Shown here piece by piece: positions 29,319-39,316 of a stretch of DNA of 64,000 nucleotides. A program made the translations under genes and the position numbers. The stretch's first letter is position 1. Each line of letters opens with the position of its first letter. This stretch comes from an uncultured Gemmataceae bacterium (lineage in GTDB: Bacteria > Planctomycetota > Planctomycetia > Gemmatales > Gemmataceae): assembly GCA_963750165.1 (NCBI GenBank), contig CAVVPN010000003.1:224001-288000 (forward strand). Reading direction: 5' to 3'. Under the pieces are notes generated by a model. It searched no databases and was not told the DNA's origin. It was given only the letters and a program-made list of their open reading frames with translations.

Positions 29319-30551
29319 TCAGTTCTTGCGCGGCGACACGGTGACGAGCTTGCCCTGGGTGACGCCCATGCTGGAGTGGACGCGCACCGTGAAGGCGCCG
29401 GGCCGCAGCACCCGCGCCCGCCACATCACCAGGCTGTGGGGCCGCTCCTCGCCCTGCGGTGCCGGCACCGGCTGCACCTCGGGGCCTTCCAGCAAGGTCA
29501 TGCCGTCGGGCAGCTCCAGCCGTAGCGACTGGCCGGCGGCCGGGTCGTGGACACGCGCCGTGATGGTAAAGCGCTTGCCCGGGACGAAGGAACCACCCAG
29601 GGTCAGTTCGACGCGGCCCTCACTCTCGGGGCTGGGCACGAGACCCTGACCGTAGCCGTAGGCGATCTCGCGTTTGCCGCCCGGCTTGATCTCCTTCGGC
29701 TCCCAGTAGACGCCCAGGCCGGAGTCGCCCATCGACGCGATGGCCTGCATGTTCCACATGTTGAAGCCCTGGCCGTGTCGGGTGAGCACCACGCGGTCGG
29801 GCTTCTCCAGCTTCGGCCCCAGGTCGAGCGTCAGATGGGCCACGAAGCCGGGGTTCTTCAGGTTCGGCTGCTGGAGCAGCTGTACGTAGGGCGGCAGCGT
29901 CTTGCCCTCGAGTTCGATGCCGTCCAGGAGTTTGTTGGGCAGGGTCGGCGCCGCGAACAGACAGCCATCGTTGTTGACGATGTAGGTGTCCATGTAGACA
30001 CGCAGACCGATCTTGTGCGCCTGCTTGCCCTGGTTCTCGATGAGGTAGTGAATCAGCACGGCGTCGCGGCGGCGCTTGGCGGCCTTGGTCTGCGGTTTGG
30101 TGGGCACCACGGTCATGGTCATCGTGACGCGCAGGCCATCGGCGTAGAGATAGGAAGAGGAAAAGCCTTCGCGGTCCTTGCCTTCCCTGGTCTTGCCGAG
30201 GGGGCGGTTGGCGAAGTCGGCGCGGCCGGTCGGTCCCTGCTGCGGGAGGAACTGACCGTCGAGCAGCAGGCTGGGGAAATGGCTCAGGTGCAGCCGTTCG
30301 CCGCGCTCCCCCGAGACGTAGACCGCCAGCCCCTGCGGCTGATACTGGATGCGACGCACCGGGTCCACCGGCAGCAGGACGGTCGGATCGACAACGACGG
30401 GTTTCTCGTCCTTGATCGTTACCTGGACCGGAGGCTGCCCCTGCTGGGGCCCGGCCGCGGCCAGGGGCGCCGCCAGGGACGCCAGCAGGACGACCAGGAA
30501 GCCGCGCCGGCTGGGTGAGCGACGCTCAGTCTGCGAATGCTGCGAACGCAT
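29319..30551 (-). CDS. Exported hypothetical protein with Tat-like signal
   Basis: SRRGFLVV signal; beta-rich region HKIGLRVYMDTYIVNNDG. Confidence 0.7.
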   Translation of the reverse strand: MRSQHSQTERRSPSRRGFLVVLLASLAAPLAAAGPQQGQPPVQVTIKDEKPVVVDPTVLLPVDPVRRIQYQPQGLAVYVSGERGERLHLSHFPSLLLDGQFLPQQGPTGRADFANRPLGKTREGKDREGFSSSYLYADGLRVTMTMTVVPTKPQTKAAKRRRDAVLIHYLIENQGKQAHKIGLRVYMDTYIVNNDGCLFAAPTLPNKLLDGIELEGKTLPPYVQLLQQPNLKNPGFVAHLTLDLGPKLEKPDRVVLTRHGQGFNMWNMQAIASMGDSGLGVYWEPKEIKPGGKREIAYGYGQGLVPSPESEGRVELTLGGSFVPGKRFTITARVHDPAAGQSLRLELPDGMTLLEGPEVQPVPAPQGEERPHSLVMWRARVLRPGAFTVRVHSSMGVTQGKLVTVSPRKN

Positions 30552-30643
30552 GGCTCCGACCCTCAAGGGAAGGGAGAGAACAGGGCAATTGTAACCCCGG
30601 TGCGCCGGGGTTCGCAAGGAGGGGACGTTCACGCCGCTGGTTC

Positions 30644-30769
30644 CTAACTTCCAGAGAGGACTCTCGTCCGAGCTGCGCACGGAGCGTACTCTGCGTCGGC
30701 GGTCAGGAAGCCGTTGGCACCGTGTTCGACCGCCGCCGCAAGTTGGAGCGCGTCCATCGACAGCAGTCC
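30644..30769 (-). pseudogene. C-terminal remnant of a PIN/VapC toxin
   Basis: Translates as [28 protein letters not shown]...* with no start codon. Confidence 0.6.
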
Positions 30770-31884
30770 TAACAACCAAACCGCTTCACCGCCTCCCGGT
30801 TCAGCTCCACCCCCAGCCCCGGCTTCTCCGGCACCGTCAGGAACCCCTCCGCGTCCACCCGGAACGGCTCCGTCACAATCTCATCAATATACGGCGACGG
30901 CGTCAGATACTCGACGTAGCGTGCCACCGGCACCGCCGCAGTCAGGTGCAGGTCCGCCGCCAGGCCCAGCGCCGTGTTCCAGCCGTGCGGCACGTACAGC
31001 ACGTTATGTTCATACGCCAGCCACGCGATCCGCCACGCTTCGGTGATGCCGCCACATTTCGTACAATCCGGCTGAATAATGTCCACGGCGCCACGCTCGA
31101 TGTACGGCCGAAAGCTCTGCCGCCGCGTCAACACCTCGCCCGTGGCGATCGGCAGCGGTGCCTGGCGGCGCAGCTCGATAAAGCCCTCCAGGTCGTCCGG
31201 CGGCAGCGCTTCCTCGAACCACACCACCGCGTAGTCCGCCAGCATCTTCGCCGTCTCCAGCGCCCACTTATAGCCGTGCGGCCAGAACTGTTCGCTGCCG
31301 CCCGCGTCCACCATGATCTCGATGTCCGGCCCCACCGCCTCGCGCGCCGTTCGCACCAGCAGTTCGTCGAACTTGCGGTCGCGCCGCCCGAACGGCCGCC
31401 AGCCCAGCTTGATCGCCTGGAAGCCGCGCGCGACCGTCCGCTGTAACTTCTCGCGCAGCGGCCCCGGTTCGTCGAACAGGATCGAGCCGTAGGGCTTGAT
31501 TTTTTGGCGGTACAGGCCGCCCAGCAGCCGCGCCACCGGTTGATTGCAGACCTTGCCCATCAGGTCCCACAGGGCGATGTCAATGCCGCTGATGGCGTGC
31601 TCGACCGCGCCGCCGCGGCCCTGCCAGAACGTCGTCTGTCGCAGCTTCTCGGTGACGCGCGCCGGTTCGTCGGCGCGCTCGCCGTGCAGCAGCGGCCACA
31701 GCAGCTTGACCGCCGCGGCCACCAGTGCCTTGCTCGTCATGGCGCTGCCGACGCCGACCAGGCCCTCGTCGGTGTCGATTTCGACCAGGGTGTGCAGGTC
31801 GTCCTCGGGCTTGAGTTCGTCGGCCCACCCGCCCTCGGGTGTGGCGCCGGCCAGGCCGGTCAACCGGATGTCGGTGATCTTCAT
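30769..31884 (-). CDS. Mandelate racemase/muconate lactonizing enzyme family protein
   Basis: [33 protein letters not shown]. Confidence 0.92.
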   Translation of the reverse strand: MKITDIRLTGLAGATPEGGWADELKPEDDLHTLVEIDTDEGLVGVGSAMTSKALVAAAVKLLWPLLHGERADEPARVTEKLRQTTFWQGRGGAVEHAISGIDIALWDLMGKVCNQPVARLLGGLYRQKIKPYGSILFDEPGPLREKLQRTVARGFQAIKLGWRPFGRRDRKFDELLVRTAREAVGPDIEIMVDAGGSEQFWPHGYKWALETAKMLADYAVVWFEEALPPDDLEGFIELRRQAPLPIATGEVLTRRQSFRPYIERGAVDIIQPDCTKCGGITEAWRIAWLAYEHNVLYVPHGWNTALGLAADLHLTAAVPVARYVEYLTPSPYIDEIVTEPFRVDAEGFLTVPEKPGLGVELNREAVKRFGC

Positions 31885-32279
31885 GGCGTCTCTCGGCGGT
31901 TCGGGCCGGGGATCTCAACGATGGTTTCGCGCAGCTTCTGGCGGTTGCGCTCGTCCACCAGGACGATGCGCGGCTGATGCCGGGGCACATCGGCCTCGTC
32001 CACCAGAGCGAACGTGGCGATGATGACGAGGTCGCCCGGTTTGGCGAGGTGGGCAGCGGCGCCATTGATACAGACGATGCCGGAGTCGGCGTCCGCGACC
32101 ATCGCGTAAGTTTGCAGCCGGGAGCCGCGCGTCACGTTCCAGACGTGGACCGCCTCGAACGGCACAATGCCGGCCGCGTCGAGCAGCGTTTTGTCCAGCG
32201 ACAGACTCCCCTCATAGTCCACGTCGGCGTGGGTGACGGTGGCGCGGTGGACTTTCGCTTTGAGCATGATGCGTTGCAT
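31881..32279 (-). CDS. panD: Aspartate 1-decarboxylase
   Basis: [38 protein letters not shown]. Confidence 0.95.
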   Translation of the reverse strand: MQRIMLKAKVHRATVTHADVDYEGSLSLDKTLLDAAGIVPFEAVHVWNVTRGSRLQTYAMVADADSGIVCINGAAAHLAKPGDLVIIATFALVDEADVPRHQPRIVLVDERNRQKLRETIVEIPGPNRRETP

Positions 32280-32420
32280 GCCGTCATTGTAAGGGCGGCA
32301 GCGGCGCCGCGGCGAGTCCTGGCGTGCGCTAAACGATTCGCCTTTTTGATTGCACACCCCGGCCGCCGCGGGCATACTCAAATCACTCAGTTCGCCCCAC
32401 CTACCCCGGTGTCCCGCACC

Positions 32421-33530
32421 ATGAACACGCACCTGTTCCGACTGGCGCTGCTGGCCGTCGCCCTGGCGCCCGCCGCCGCGACGCAACCCGGCGCCACGAT
32501 GAGCACCGTCGCCGGCACCGGCAAAAAGGGCCACACCGGCGACGGCGGCCCCGCCACGCAGGCCACGCTCAACCAACCGTTCCACTGCGACCTGGACGCC
32601 CACGGCAACCTGTTCGTCGCCGAGTCAGGCAACCACTGCATCCGCAAGGTGAACCTGAAAACGGGCGTCATCAGCACCGTCGCGGGCACCGGCCAGAAGG
32701 GCTACACCGGTGACGGCGGGCCGGCCACCCAGGCGACGTTCAACGAACCCTACGCGGTCCTCGTCAGCCCCGAGGGTGATTTGTACATCGTGGATCGGCT
32801 GAACGCCGTGGTGCGCAAGGTGGACGGCAAGAGCGGCAAGGTGACGACGGTGGCGGGTTCCGGGCAGAAAGGTTTCGGCGGCGACGGCGGCCCCGGCAAC
32901 CAGGCCCAGCTGCGCGAGCCGAACGACGCTTGCTTCGACGGCAAGGGCGGCCTGCTCATCGCCGACGTGGGCGATTGGCGCGTACGCCGCCTCGATCTCA
33001 AGACCGGCGTCCTCACCACGTTCGCCGGCACCGGCCGGCCGAAAGGCAAGATCGACCGCGCCAGGATCGGCGACGGCGGCCCGGCGAAAACCGCGGTGCT
33101 CGTCGGGGCGCGGGCGGTGTGCGTCGATGGCCGCGGCAACACCTACATCTGTGAGCGCGAGGGCAACGCCGTGCGCAAGGTGACAGCGGACGGCACCATC
33201 ACGACCATCGCCGGCACGGGCAAGAAGGGCTATGACGGTGACGGCGGCGACGCCCGCAAGGCCAGTTTCAACGGCCCCAAGGGCGTGCGCTGCGACGCGC
33301 AGGGCAACGTCTACGTCGTGGAGACGGAGAACCACGCGATCCGCAAGATCGACGCCAAAACCAACGTGGTGACGACGGTGGCCGGCGGCCGCAAGGGCAG
33401 CGGCGGCGACGGCGGCGCCGCGCTGCAGGCCGGCATGGACCGACCGCACGGCTGCGTCCTCGACGCCCACGGCAATATCTACATCGCCGACAGCAATAAT
33501 CATCGGGTACGCAAGGTGACCATCAAGTAA
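32421..33530 (+). CDS. Exported NHL-repeat beta-propeller protein
   Basis: Six TVAGTG..GY.GDGGPA-type repeats and a signal peptide. Confidence 0.88.
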   Translation: MNTHLFRLALLAVALAPAAATQPGATMSTVAGTGKKGHTGDGGPATQATLNQPFHCDLDAHGNLFVAESGNHCIRKVNLKTGVISTVAGTGQKGYTGDGGPATQATFNEPYAVLVSPEGDLYIVDRLNAVVRKVDGKSGKVTTVAGSGQKGFGGDGGPGNQAQLREPNDACFDGKGGLLIADVGDWRVRRLDLKTGVLTTFAGTGRPKGKIDRARIGDGGPAKTAVLVGARAVCVDGRGNTYICEREGNAVRKVTADGTITTIAGTGKKGYDGDGGDARKASFNGPKGVRCDAQGNVYVVETENHAIRKIDAKTNVVTTVAGGRKGSGGDGGAALQAGMDRPHGCVLDAHGNIYIADSNNHRVRKVTIK

Positions 33531-33542
33531 GGAGGTTCTCAC

Positions 33543-34409
33543 ATGCGTTGGCGTTTATGCGTGGTGGCGCTGCTGCTGGTGGCGCCGCTGGCGGTGCTGC
33601 ACGCGGGCGACGAGAATTACAAGCTCGGCCCCGATTCGATGGAGCAGCCGGGCGTGCCCAGGGGCAAGATCACCAAGCACACCTGGAAGAGCAAGGTGTT
33701 CCCGAACACCGTGCGCGACTACTGGGTCTACGTGCCGGCTCAGTACGACCCCAAGGTGCCCGCGAAGGTGATGGTCTTCCAGGACGGCGCCGGTTACATG
33801 AACCCGAAAGGTCAGTTCCGCGTGCCGGTCGTCCTGGACAACCTCATTCACAAGAAGGAGCTGCCGGTCATCATCGGCATCTTCATCAACCCCGGCGTCG
33901 TTCCCGCGCAGGGCGACAAGAAGGAGGTCAAAAATCGTAGTTTCGAGTACGACACGCTTTCCAACCAGTACGCGAAGTTCCTGGAAAAGGAGATTCTGCC
34001 GGAGGTCGCGAAGGACTACAACCTGAGCAAAAAGGCCGCGGACCGGGCCATCGGTGGCATCAGTTCGGGCGGCATCTGCGCGTTCACGGTGGCGTGGCAG
34101 CGGCCGGATCTGTTCAGCAAGGTGCTGAGCCACGTTGGCAGCTTCACCAACATCCGCGGCGGCAACGCCTACCCGGAGCTGGTGCGCAAGAACCCGCGCA
34201 AGAACATCCGCGTGTTCATGCAGGACGGCGCCAAGGACCTGGACAACAAGTTCGGCAACTGGCCGGAAGCGAACAAGAAGATGGCCGCGGCGCTGAAGGA
34301 CCAGGGCTACGACGTGCGCTTCGAGTTCGGCACCGGCGCCCACAACGGCAAGCACGGCGGCATGCTCATGCCGGAGTCGCTGCGCTGGCTGTGGCGCGAG
34401 AAGAAATAA
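33543..34409 (+). CDS. Exported enterochelin-esterase-like hydrolase
   Basis: [40 protein letters not shown]. Confidence 0.88.
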   Translation: MRWRLCVVALLLVAPLAVLHAGDENYKLGPDSMEQPGVPRGKITKHTWKSKVFPNTVRDYWVYVPAQYDPKVPAKVMVFQDGAGYMNPKGQFRVPVVLDNLIHKKELPVIIGIFINPGVVPAQGDKKEVKNRSFEYDTLSNQYAKFLEKEILPEVAKDYNLSKKAADRAIGGISSGGICAFTVAWQRPDLFSKVLSHVGSFTNIRGGNAYPELVRKNPRKNIRVFMQDGAKDLDNKFGNWPEANKKMAAALKDQGYDVRFEFGTGAHNGKHGGMLMPESLRWLWREKK

Positions 34410-34414
34410 AACAT

Positions 34415-34500
34415 GGATCCACAGATGACACAGATGGAGCACAGATAAAGACATTTGAATTTGTCTTTATCGGTGCTCCATCTGTGTCATCTGTGGATCC
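34415..34500. repeat. 39-bp near-perfect inverted repeat with CACAGAT units
   Basis: ggatccacagatgacacagatggagc...gctccatctgtgtcatctgtggatcc between convergent genes. Confidence 0.85.
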
Positions 34501-35282
34501 TATTCTTTATCCGCCCACGGCAGCGTCAGCGTCAGCAGCTCGCCCAGCCCCTTGCCGAGCTGGTCCGCCGCGTAGCGTGTGTGCCGGGCCAGGCGCCACA
34601 GCTCCGCCGGCAGCCCCGGCGCCCGCGCCACGCTCGTCAGCAGCCGCCACCACGACACGCCGCCGCCCGCCAGCAGCGCCGCCAACCGCGGTGACAGCCG
34701 CGTGTCCACGCCGTCCGAAATCGCCCGCACGCAGCCGAACGGCACGCCCTCCCGGGTGCAGCGCTCGGCGACGAAGGCGCTCTCCATGTCCACCGCCAGC
34801 GCGTCGTGCTGCTGGCCCAGCGCCCGCTTCGCCGCGGGGTCGGCGATGATCTGCGGTGCCGTCACCAGCCGGCCGCGCCGCAGCGGCGGCTCCCAGCGGC
34901 CCGGCAGCGGCCCCGCCGGCCAGGTACACGGCCACGCCCGGCCGTCCGCACCCAGCACCTCGGTCGCCAGCACCAGGTCGCCGATCAACAGCTGGTCCTG
35001 CAACCCACCCGCGAAGCCGGCCGACAGCACCAGCTTTGGCCGATACCCGACATTGACCAGCTTTGGCCGGCCGAGCAGCCAGTCCAGCGCCCGCGTCGTC
35101 CGCGCCCGACCGACGCCCGGCTGCGCCACCAGCACCGTCAGCCAGGCGGGACCGCAAAAGCGCGCCCGACACGGCGCTCCGGGGAAGCGCTGCTGCGGCG
35201 GGAAGTCGCGCAGGAACGGCTGCGCTTCCCGCCCCAGCGCGAACAGCACGCAGGGATCCTCGAACTGCAACAGGTCGCTCAC
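34500..35282 (-). CDS. Nucleoside phosphorylase-like (PNP_UDP_1) protein
   Basis: FALGREA, SAGFAGGL, AVDMESA, VRAISD; GTG start overlapping the upstream TGA. Confidence 0.8.
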   Translation of the reverse strand: MSDLLQFEDPCVLFALGREAQPFLRDFPPQQRFPGAPCRARFCGPAWLTVLVAQPGVGRARTTRALDWLLGRPKLVNVGYRPKLVLSAGFAGGLQDQLLIGDLVLATEVLGADGRAWPCTWPAGPLPGRWEPPLRRGRLVTAPQIIADPAAKRALGQQHDALAVDMESAFVAERCTREGVPFGCVRAISDGVDTRLSPRLAALLAGGGVSWWRLLTSVARAPGLPAELWRLARHTRYAADQLGKGLGELLTLTLPWADKE

Positions 35283-36068
35283 CGGAACCAGTCCTCGGAC
35301 AGGAACGGCCGGGCCAGCGTGTAGACCGCCAGCCACAGGCTCATTACCAGCAGCACCACGAACAGCGCCGTCGGCAGCCACGCCCCCGCCGTGACGCCGG
35401 CCTCCGCCTCCGCCGGCGGTGGTGGCGCGGCGGCGTCCGCCACGACGCGAGCCGGCCGCGCGGCCCGGGTCAGGGTCGGCGGCTCGACCGCGGCCGGCCG
35501 CGGCCGGGGCGGCTCCGGCGCGGGCGCGCGGCGGCGCGGCGCGAGCGGGCGCGGGCGGCGGCGCCTGGCGGGGCGTCGGTCGTGGCGGCGGTGCCTGGCG
35601 CGGCATCGGCACGACCGGCTCCTCCGCCTCGTCCGGCTCGGCGCGAACGCGATAGACTTTCAACTCCGGTTCCTCGGGTGGCGGGACCGGGCTGGGTTTG
35701 GCCGCGGCGGCCGGCTTTGGCGTGACGGGCGGCGCCGCGGCGGGGCCGGCTTCGCCCTGGGCCTGGTGCGTCTTCAGCAGTTGCTCCGCGGCGGCGGGCG
35801 GATAGGTGCGGCGCAGGTCGGCGACGTAGCCCTGCACGTCCGGCGAGCGCAGGGCCTCGGCGTAGCTGGCGAACGGCTTGAGCAAATGGTGGGGGTTGCG
35901 CTGCAGTAGACGACCGCGCAGGCGCTCGGCCTCGTCGTCCTGGCCAGCCGTCTGGGCGGTGTCCGCCGCCAGCACCAGAAACCAGTCACGCAACTTTGGC
36001 TGACCATCGTGGTCGTACCAGTCGGCGAGCTGTTCGTACACCTGCCGCGTTTGCTCCGAGTTCGCCAT
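35279..36068 (-). CDS. Hypothetical protein with Pro-rich linker and C-terminal TM (frameshift near 35520)
   Basis: MANSEQTRQ... N-terminus; an alternative frame ends GAWLPTALFVVLLVMSLWLAVYTLARPFLSEDWFR*. Confidence 0.6.
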
Positions 36069-36083
36069 GACGCTCATCCCCAA

Positions 36084-36140
36084 CGTGGGGCAGACATTCC
36101 TGTCTGCCATCGCACCCGGCAGACAGGAATGTCTGCCCCA
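36084..36140. repeat. REP-like doublet family A, copy 2
   Basis: cgtggggcagacattcctgtctgcc...ggcagacaggaatgtctgcccca. Confidence 0.85.
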
Positions 36141-36238
36141 GGAAAACCCTGGTGGCCTGTGCTCACTGTACCCATCTACAATAATCGTCGCAATCCGGCT
36201 GCGCCGCCGGGAGACCCGCTGTTGCGAAGGACGCGACC

Positions 36239-37444
36239 ATGACCACGGACACCCACGGCCCCCTGGCGGGCCTGCGCGTGCTGGACGCCTCGCGGGTGCT
36301 GGCGGGGCCGCTGTGCGGACAGCTTCTCGGCGACCTCGGCGCGGAGGTCATCAAGCTGGAGCGGCCCGGCGCCGGCGACGACACACGCGACTGGGGCCCG
36401 CCCTTCATCGACGATTTCAGCGCCTATTTCCTCTCCTGCAACCGCAGCAAGCGCGGCATCGCCCTGGACCTGTCCCGGCCGGCCGGGCTCGCCCTGTTCC
36501 ACGAGCTGGCGCGGCGCAGCGACATTTTGCTGGAGAATTTCCGGGCCGCCAGTGCCGACAAGCTGGGGTTGAATCCCGACAAACTGCTGACGGTCAACCC
36601 ACGACTGATCGTCTGTTCGATCTCGGGCTTCGGCCGCACGGGGCCGCTGAGCGACCTGCCCGGCTACGACTTCGCCATCCAGGGCATGAGCGGCCTGATG
36701 AGCATTACCGGACCGATCGAGGGGCCGCCGTGCAAGGTCGGCGTCGCGGTGACGGACGTGCTGACGGGCCAGTACGCGGCCGTCGCAGTGCTGGCGTGCC
36801 TGCACGCGCGGCGAGCGTCGGGCCACGGTTACGCCATCGACCTGGCGCTGCTGGATTGCGCGGTCGCGGCCCAGGTGAATCTGGTGCAGGCGTATTTATC
36901 GAGCGGTCAGGTGCCGCCGCGCCAGGGAAATGCCCATCTGCAAATCGTGCCCTACCAGGCGTTCGCCACGGCAGATGATTGGATGATATTAGCGGTCGGC
37001 AATGACGCACAATGGCAGCACTTCTGTGCCGCGGCGGCACGGCCAGACCTGGCGGCGGACGAGCGCTTCGCCACCAACCGCGGCCGCGTCGAGCACCGCG
37101 ACGCACTGGTGCCGCAGATCGAGACACTGCTGCGGGCGCGGTCGCGGCTGGAGTGGCAGCAGCGCCTGACCGCCGCCGGGGTGCCGCACGCGCCGGTGTG
37201 GGATTACGCGCAGCTGTTCGCGCAGGAGCAGCCAACGGCGCGCGGCCTGCGCGTGACGGTGCGCGACCCACAGGGCCGGCCGGTGGACCTGATGGGGACG
37301 CCGTTCCACATCGCCGGCGCGACGCTGCCGCAACCGATGATGCCGCCGCGGTTGGGGCAGCACACCGACGCGGTGTTGACGGAGCTACTGAGCGTGGACG
37401 CGGCGCGGCTGGCGGAACTGCGACAGCAGGGCGTGATCGCGTGA
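36239..37444 (+). CDS. Family III CoA-transferase (CaiB/BaiF)
   Basis: GLRVLDASRVLAGP, GDLGAEVIKLERPGAGDDTR, NRSKRGIALDL, GYDF. Confidence 0.93.
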   Translation: MTTDTHGPLAGLRVLDASRVLAGPLCGQLLGDLGAEVIKLERPGAGDDTRDWGPPFIDDFSAYFLSCNRSKRGIALDLSRPAGLALFHELARRSDILLENFRAASADKLGLNPDKLLTVNPRLIVCSISGFGRTGPLSDLPGYDFAIQGMSGLMSITGPIEGPPCKVGVAVTDVLTGQYAAVAVLACLHARRASGHGYAIDLALLDCAVAAQVNLVQAYLSSGQVPPRQGNAHLQIVPYQAFATADDWMILAVGNDAQWQHFCAAAARPDLAADERFATNRGRVEHRDALVPQIETLLRARSRLEWQQRLTAAGVPHAPVWDYAQLFAQEQPTARGLRVTVRDPQGRPVDLMGTPFHIAGATLPQPMMPPRLGQHTDAVLTELLSVDAARLAELRQQGVIA

Positions 37445-37553
37445 AGTTTGCCGGCGATTGGGAAAGTGCGGGAAAGGTGAGCCGGCCGCCGGAACATTCT
37501 GGGCGATTGCTCAGCCAACCGGCCTCACGAACCGGGTTTGTCGGGTAAGAAGA

Positions 37554-37695
37554 GAGTGTTCCTGGTGGGAACCACGGGTGTGGGCGATAGGCCATGGACC
37601 TCACGGTTACGGGACTGCGACACCAAACCGGCACGATGCCGGCGCTCTCCTGAATATCCTATAAGGGCACAGCCAGTGGCCCACCAGGGACACTT
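37554..37695 (+). ncRNA. Candidate structured ncRNA (rod-like, 6S-like)
   Basis: 16-bp closing stem 37554-37569 / 37680-37695 with two G-U pairs, plus further nested stems. Confidence 0.45.
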
Positions 37696-37776
37696 CATCA
37701 AAGAGTAATCAGGCGACGACCGCGAAACAAGACCGATGTCGCCGAACCACTTCTCAGGCCCGGCCCGGTCGCCGGA

Positions 37777-38643
37777 TTAATCGGCATACGCGGGCCGGAT
37801 GAATTCCCACACCGTTTCCGCCATGAGTTCGTGACCGGAGCGCGTCAGGTGAACGCCGTCCCGCGTGGCGCCGTCAGTGGTCAACACGCCCGCGAACACG
37901 CGCTTCGGGATCAACGGCACGCCGAATTTCGCAGCCAGGCGCCGCTGCGCCCGGCCGAACTCGTTGGCGAACGGCGGCAGTGGCAGCTCAAACATCACCA
38001 CCGTCCGGCCCGGCCGGCACAGCAACTCCAGTAACTGCTCCAGATCGCGCTCGTAATCACCCGCCGTGGTGGTCCCGAGCAGATCGTTGCCGCCGATCTC
38101 CAGCAGATAAAGGCCGTCGCCGAGGGACAGCTTTTCGGCGTCGCGCAGCATCGAGCGCACCGTCGCGCCCATCTGCGAGTAGTTGCGCACCTCGACGCCA
38201 TGAGCGCGGGCCAGCAGTTCGGGCCACGTTTCGCGGCGGGCCTCGCCCATGCCGGCGGTCACCGAATCCGCAAAAAGGTAGAGCGTCGGGCGGTCGGCCG
38301 CCGGCAACGTTGGCGGGAGGTGATACGGAACCTCCAGCGCGAGGGCGGCCAGGCAGACGACGACCACCGTGCCGCGTCGCAGCAATGGGTACGGTCGTGG
38401 CGGGCGGAGCCGTTCGCTCACCAGCCAGGCCACGGTGAGCACGCCGGCCGTTGCGTAAAACCAGTAGGGCAACGGCGCGGCCGACAGCGCGACCAGGATG
38501 ACGCCAAGGAAGGTGAGCAGGGTGGCGGCCTTCACCGACCAGTCGCGGCGGCGAATGCTGAACAGGGCCACCCCCGCCAGCACGCCGCCAACGCCGGCAA
38601 AAAAGGCGGTCCCGCTGCCGAAGAAGAAGATGACCCAACTCAT
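37777..38643 (-). CDS. Membrane-anchored SGNH/GDSL hydrolase
   Basis: Four TM segments, then ADSVTAG, IGGND and DGVH. Confidence 0.85.
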   Translation of the reverse strand: MSWVIFFFGSGTAFFAGVGGVLAGVALFSIRRRDWSVKAATLLTFLGVILVALSAAPLPYWFYATAGVLTVAWLVSERLRPPRPYPLLRRGTVVVVCLAALALEVPYHLPPTLPAADRPTLYLFADSVTAGMGEARRETWPELLARAHGVEVRNYSQMGATVRSMLRDAEKLSLGDGLYLLEIGGNDLLGTTTAGDYERDLEQLLELLCRPGRTVVMFELPLPPFANEFGRAQRRLAAKFGVPLIPKRVFAGVLTTDGATRDGVHLTRSGHELMAETVWEFIRPAYAD

Positions 38644-38654
38644 GCGCGCACACG

Positions 38655-39254
38655 CTATTTATTTGTGGCAAGCAATTCTTGCCAACCGGCCACGTTCGGC
38701 AGCTGGTCGAGCATCCGATCTGGAGCGGTTCGCGTTTGGGTAGCGCACAAGTCGTGGGACGGCTCTCCAGAGCCGTCAGCGTTCTCCCGACGGCTCTGGA
38801 GAGCCGTCCCACGACTTGTGGTCCACGCGACTGGGAACCGCGCTAATCGATCCAGGTTATTCACCTCCGTCAGGGCAGTGACGATTGCTTCCGGCGGAGG
38901 CCCAAAACGCGCGCTGCCCATCCGTTGCACGCGCTTGCGAGCGTACTCAATGGCGCCTTCTTCCAGGATCATCTGATAAGTGCTCGATTCCCGCATGGCT
39001 CGCACTCCTCGAAACAATTGCACCGCCTCTTCGCGCGGCAGCCGCAGGCCGGTGAGGATCATCGTCGCGTTGATGAGCCGCGCCGCTTCGTCCGGGTCGG
39101 CTTCGTGGGTCAGACGATCGATGACCCGGCCAATCACCCGCGCCAGCGCCTCGTCCGGCGGCTCGCCCGCCGGTAACTGGCACAGCGGGGCCAGCGGCAG
39201 TGTGCCCAGGCCGCCCTCAATGCTCTTGAGCGTGGCGTCAAACGGCAGCGGCAT
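38655..39254 (-). pseudogene. Internally deleted Rpn/DUF4351-like gene carrying an in-frame MITE
   Basis: MPLPFDATLK fused directly to GGLGTLPLAPL; MRESSTYQMILEEG; RFGPPP; 41-aa foreign insert in the C-terminal helix. Confidence 0.65.
38720..38845 (-). mobile_element. 123-bp MITE/REPIN-like element, copy 2
   Basis: Minus strand TAG-CGCGGTTC...GAACCGCT-CCAG; same length and internal doublet as 19220-19345. Confidence 0.75.
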
Positions 39255-39316
39255 GGGGCTTCACCCCGGTAGCGAGTTCAAGAAAGGCCGTTTCGTAGCA
39301 AGCCGATTTCACGGCG

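Noticed and set aside
34500..36110. 536-aa fusion with a nucleoside phosphorylase
   Set aside because: An alternative frame gives a TM C-terminus ending at 35279 with GTGA coupling, so these are two genes joined by a frameshift.
37445..37776. tRNA, tmRNA, SRP or RNase P RNA
   Set aside because: No cloverleaf/TTCG arm, SRP domain IV motif or RNase P GAGGAAAGTCC signature; kept only as a 6S-like candidate.
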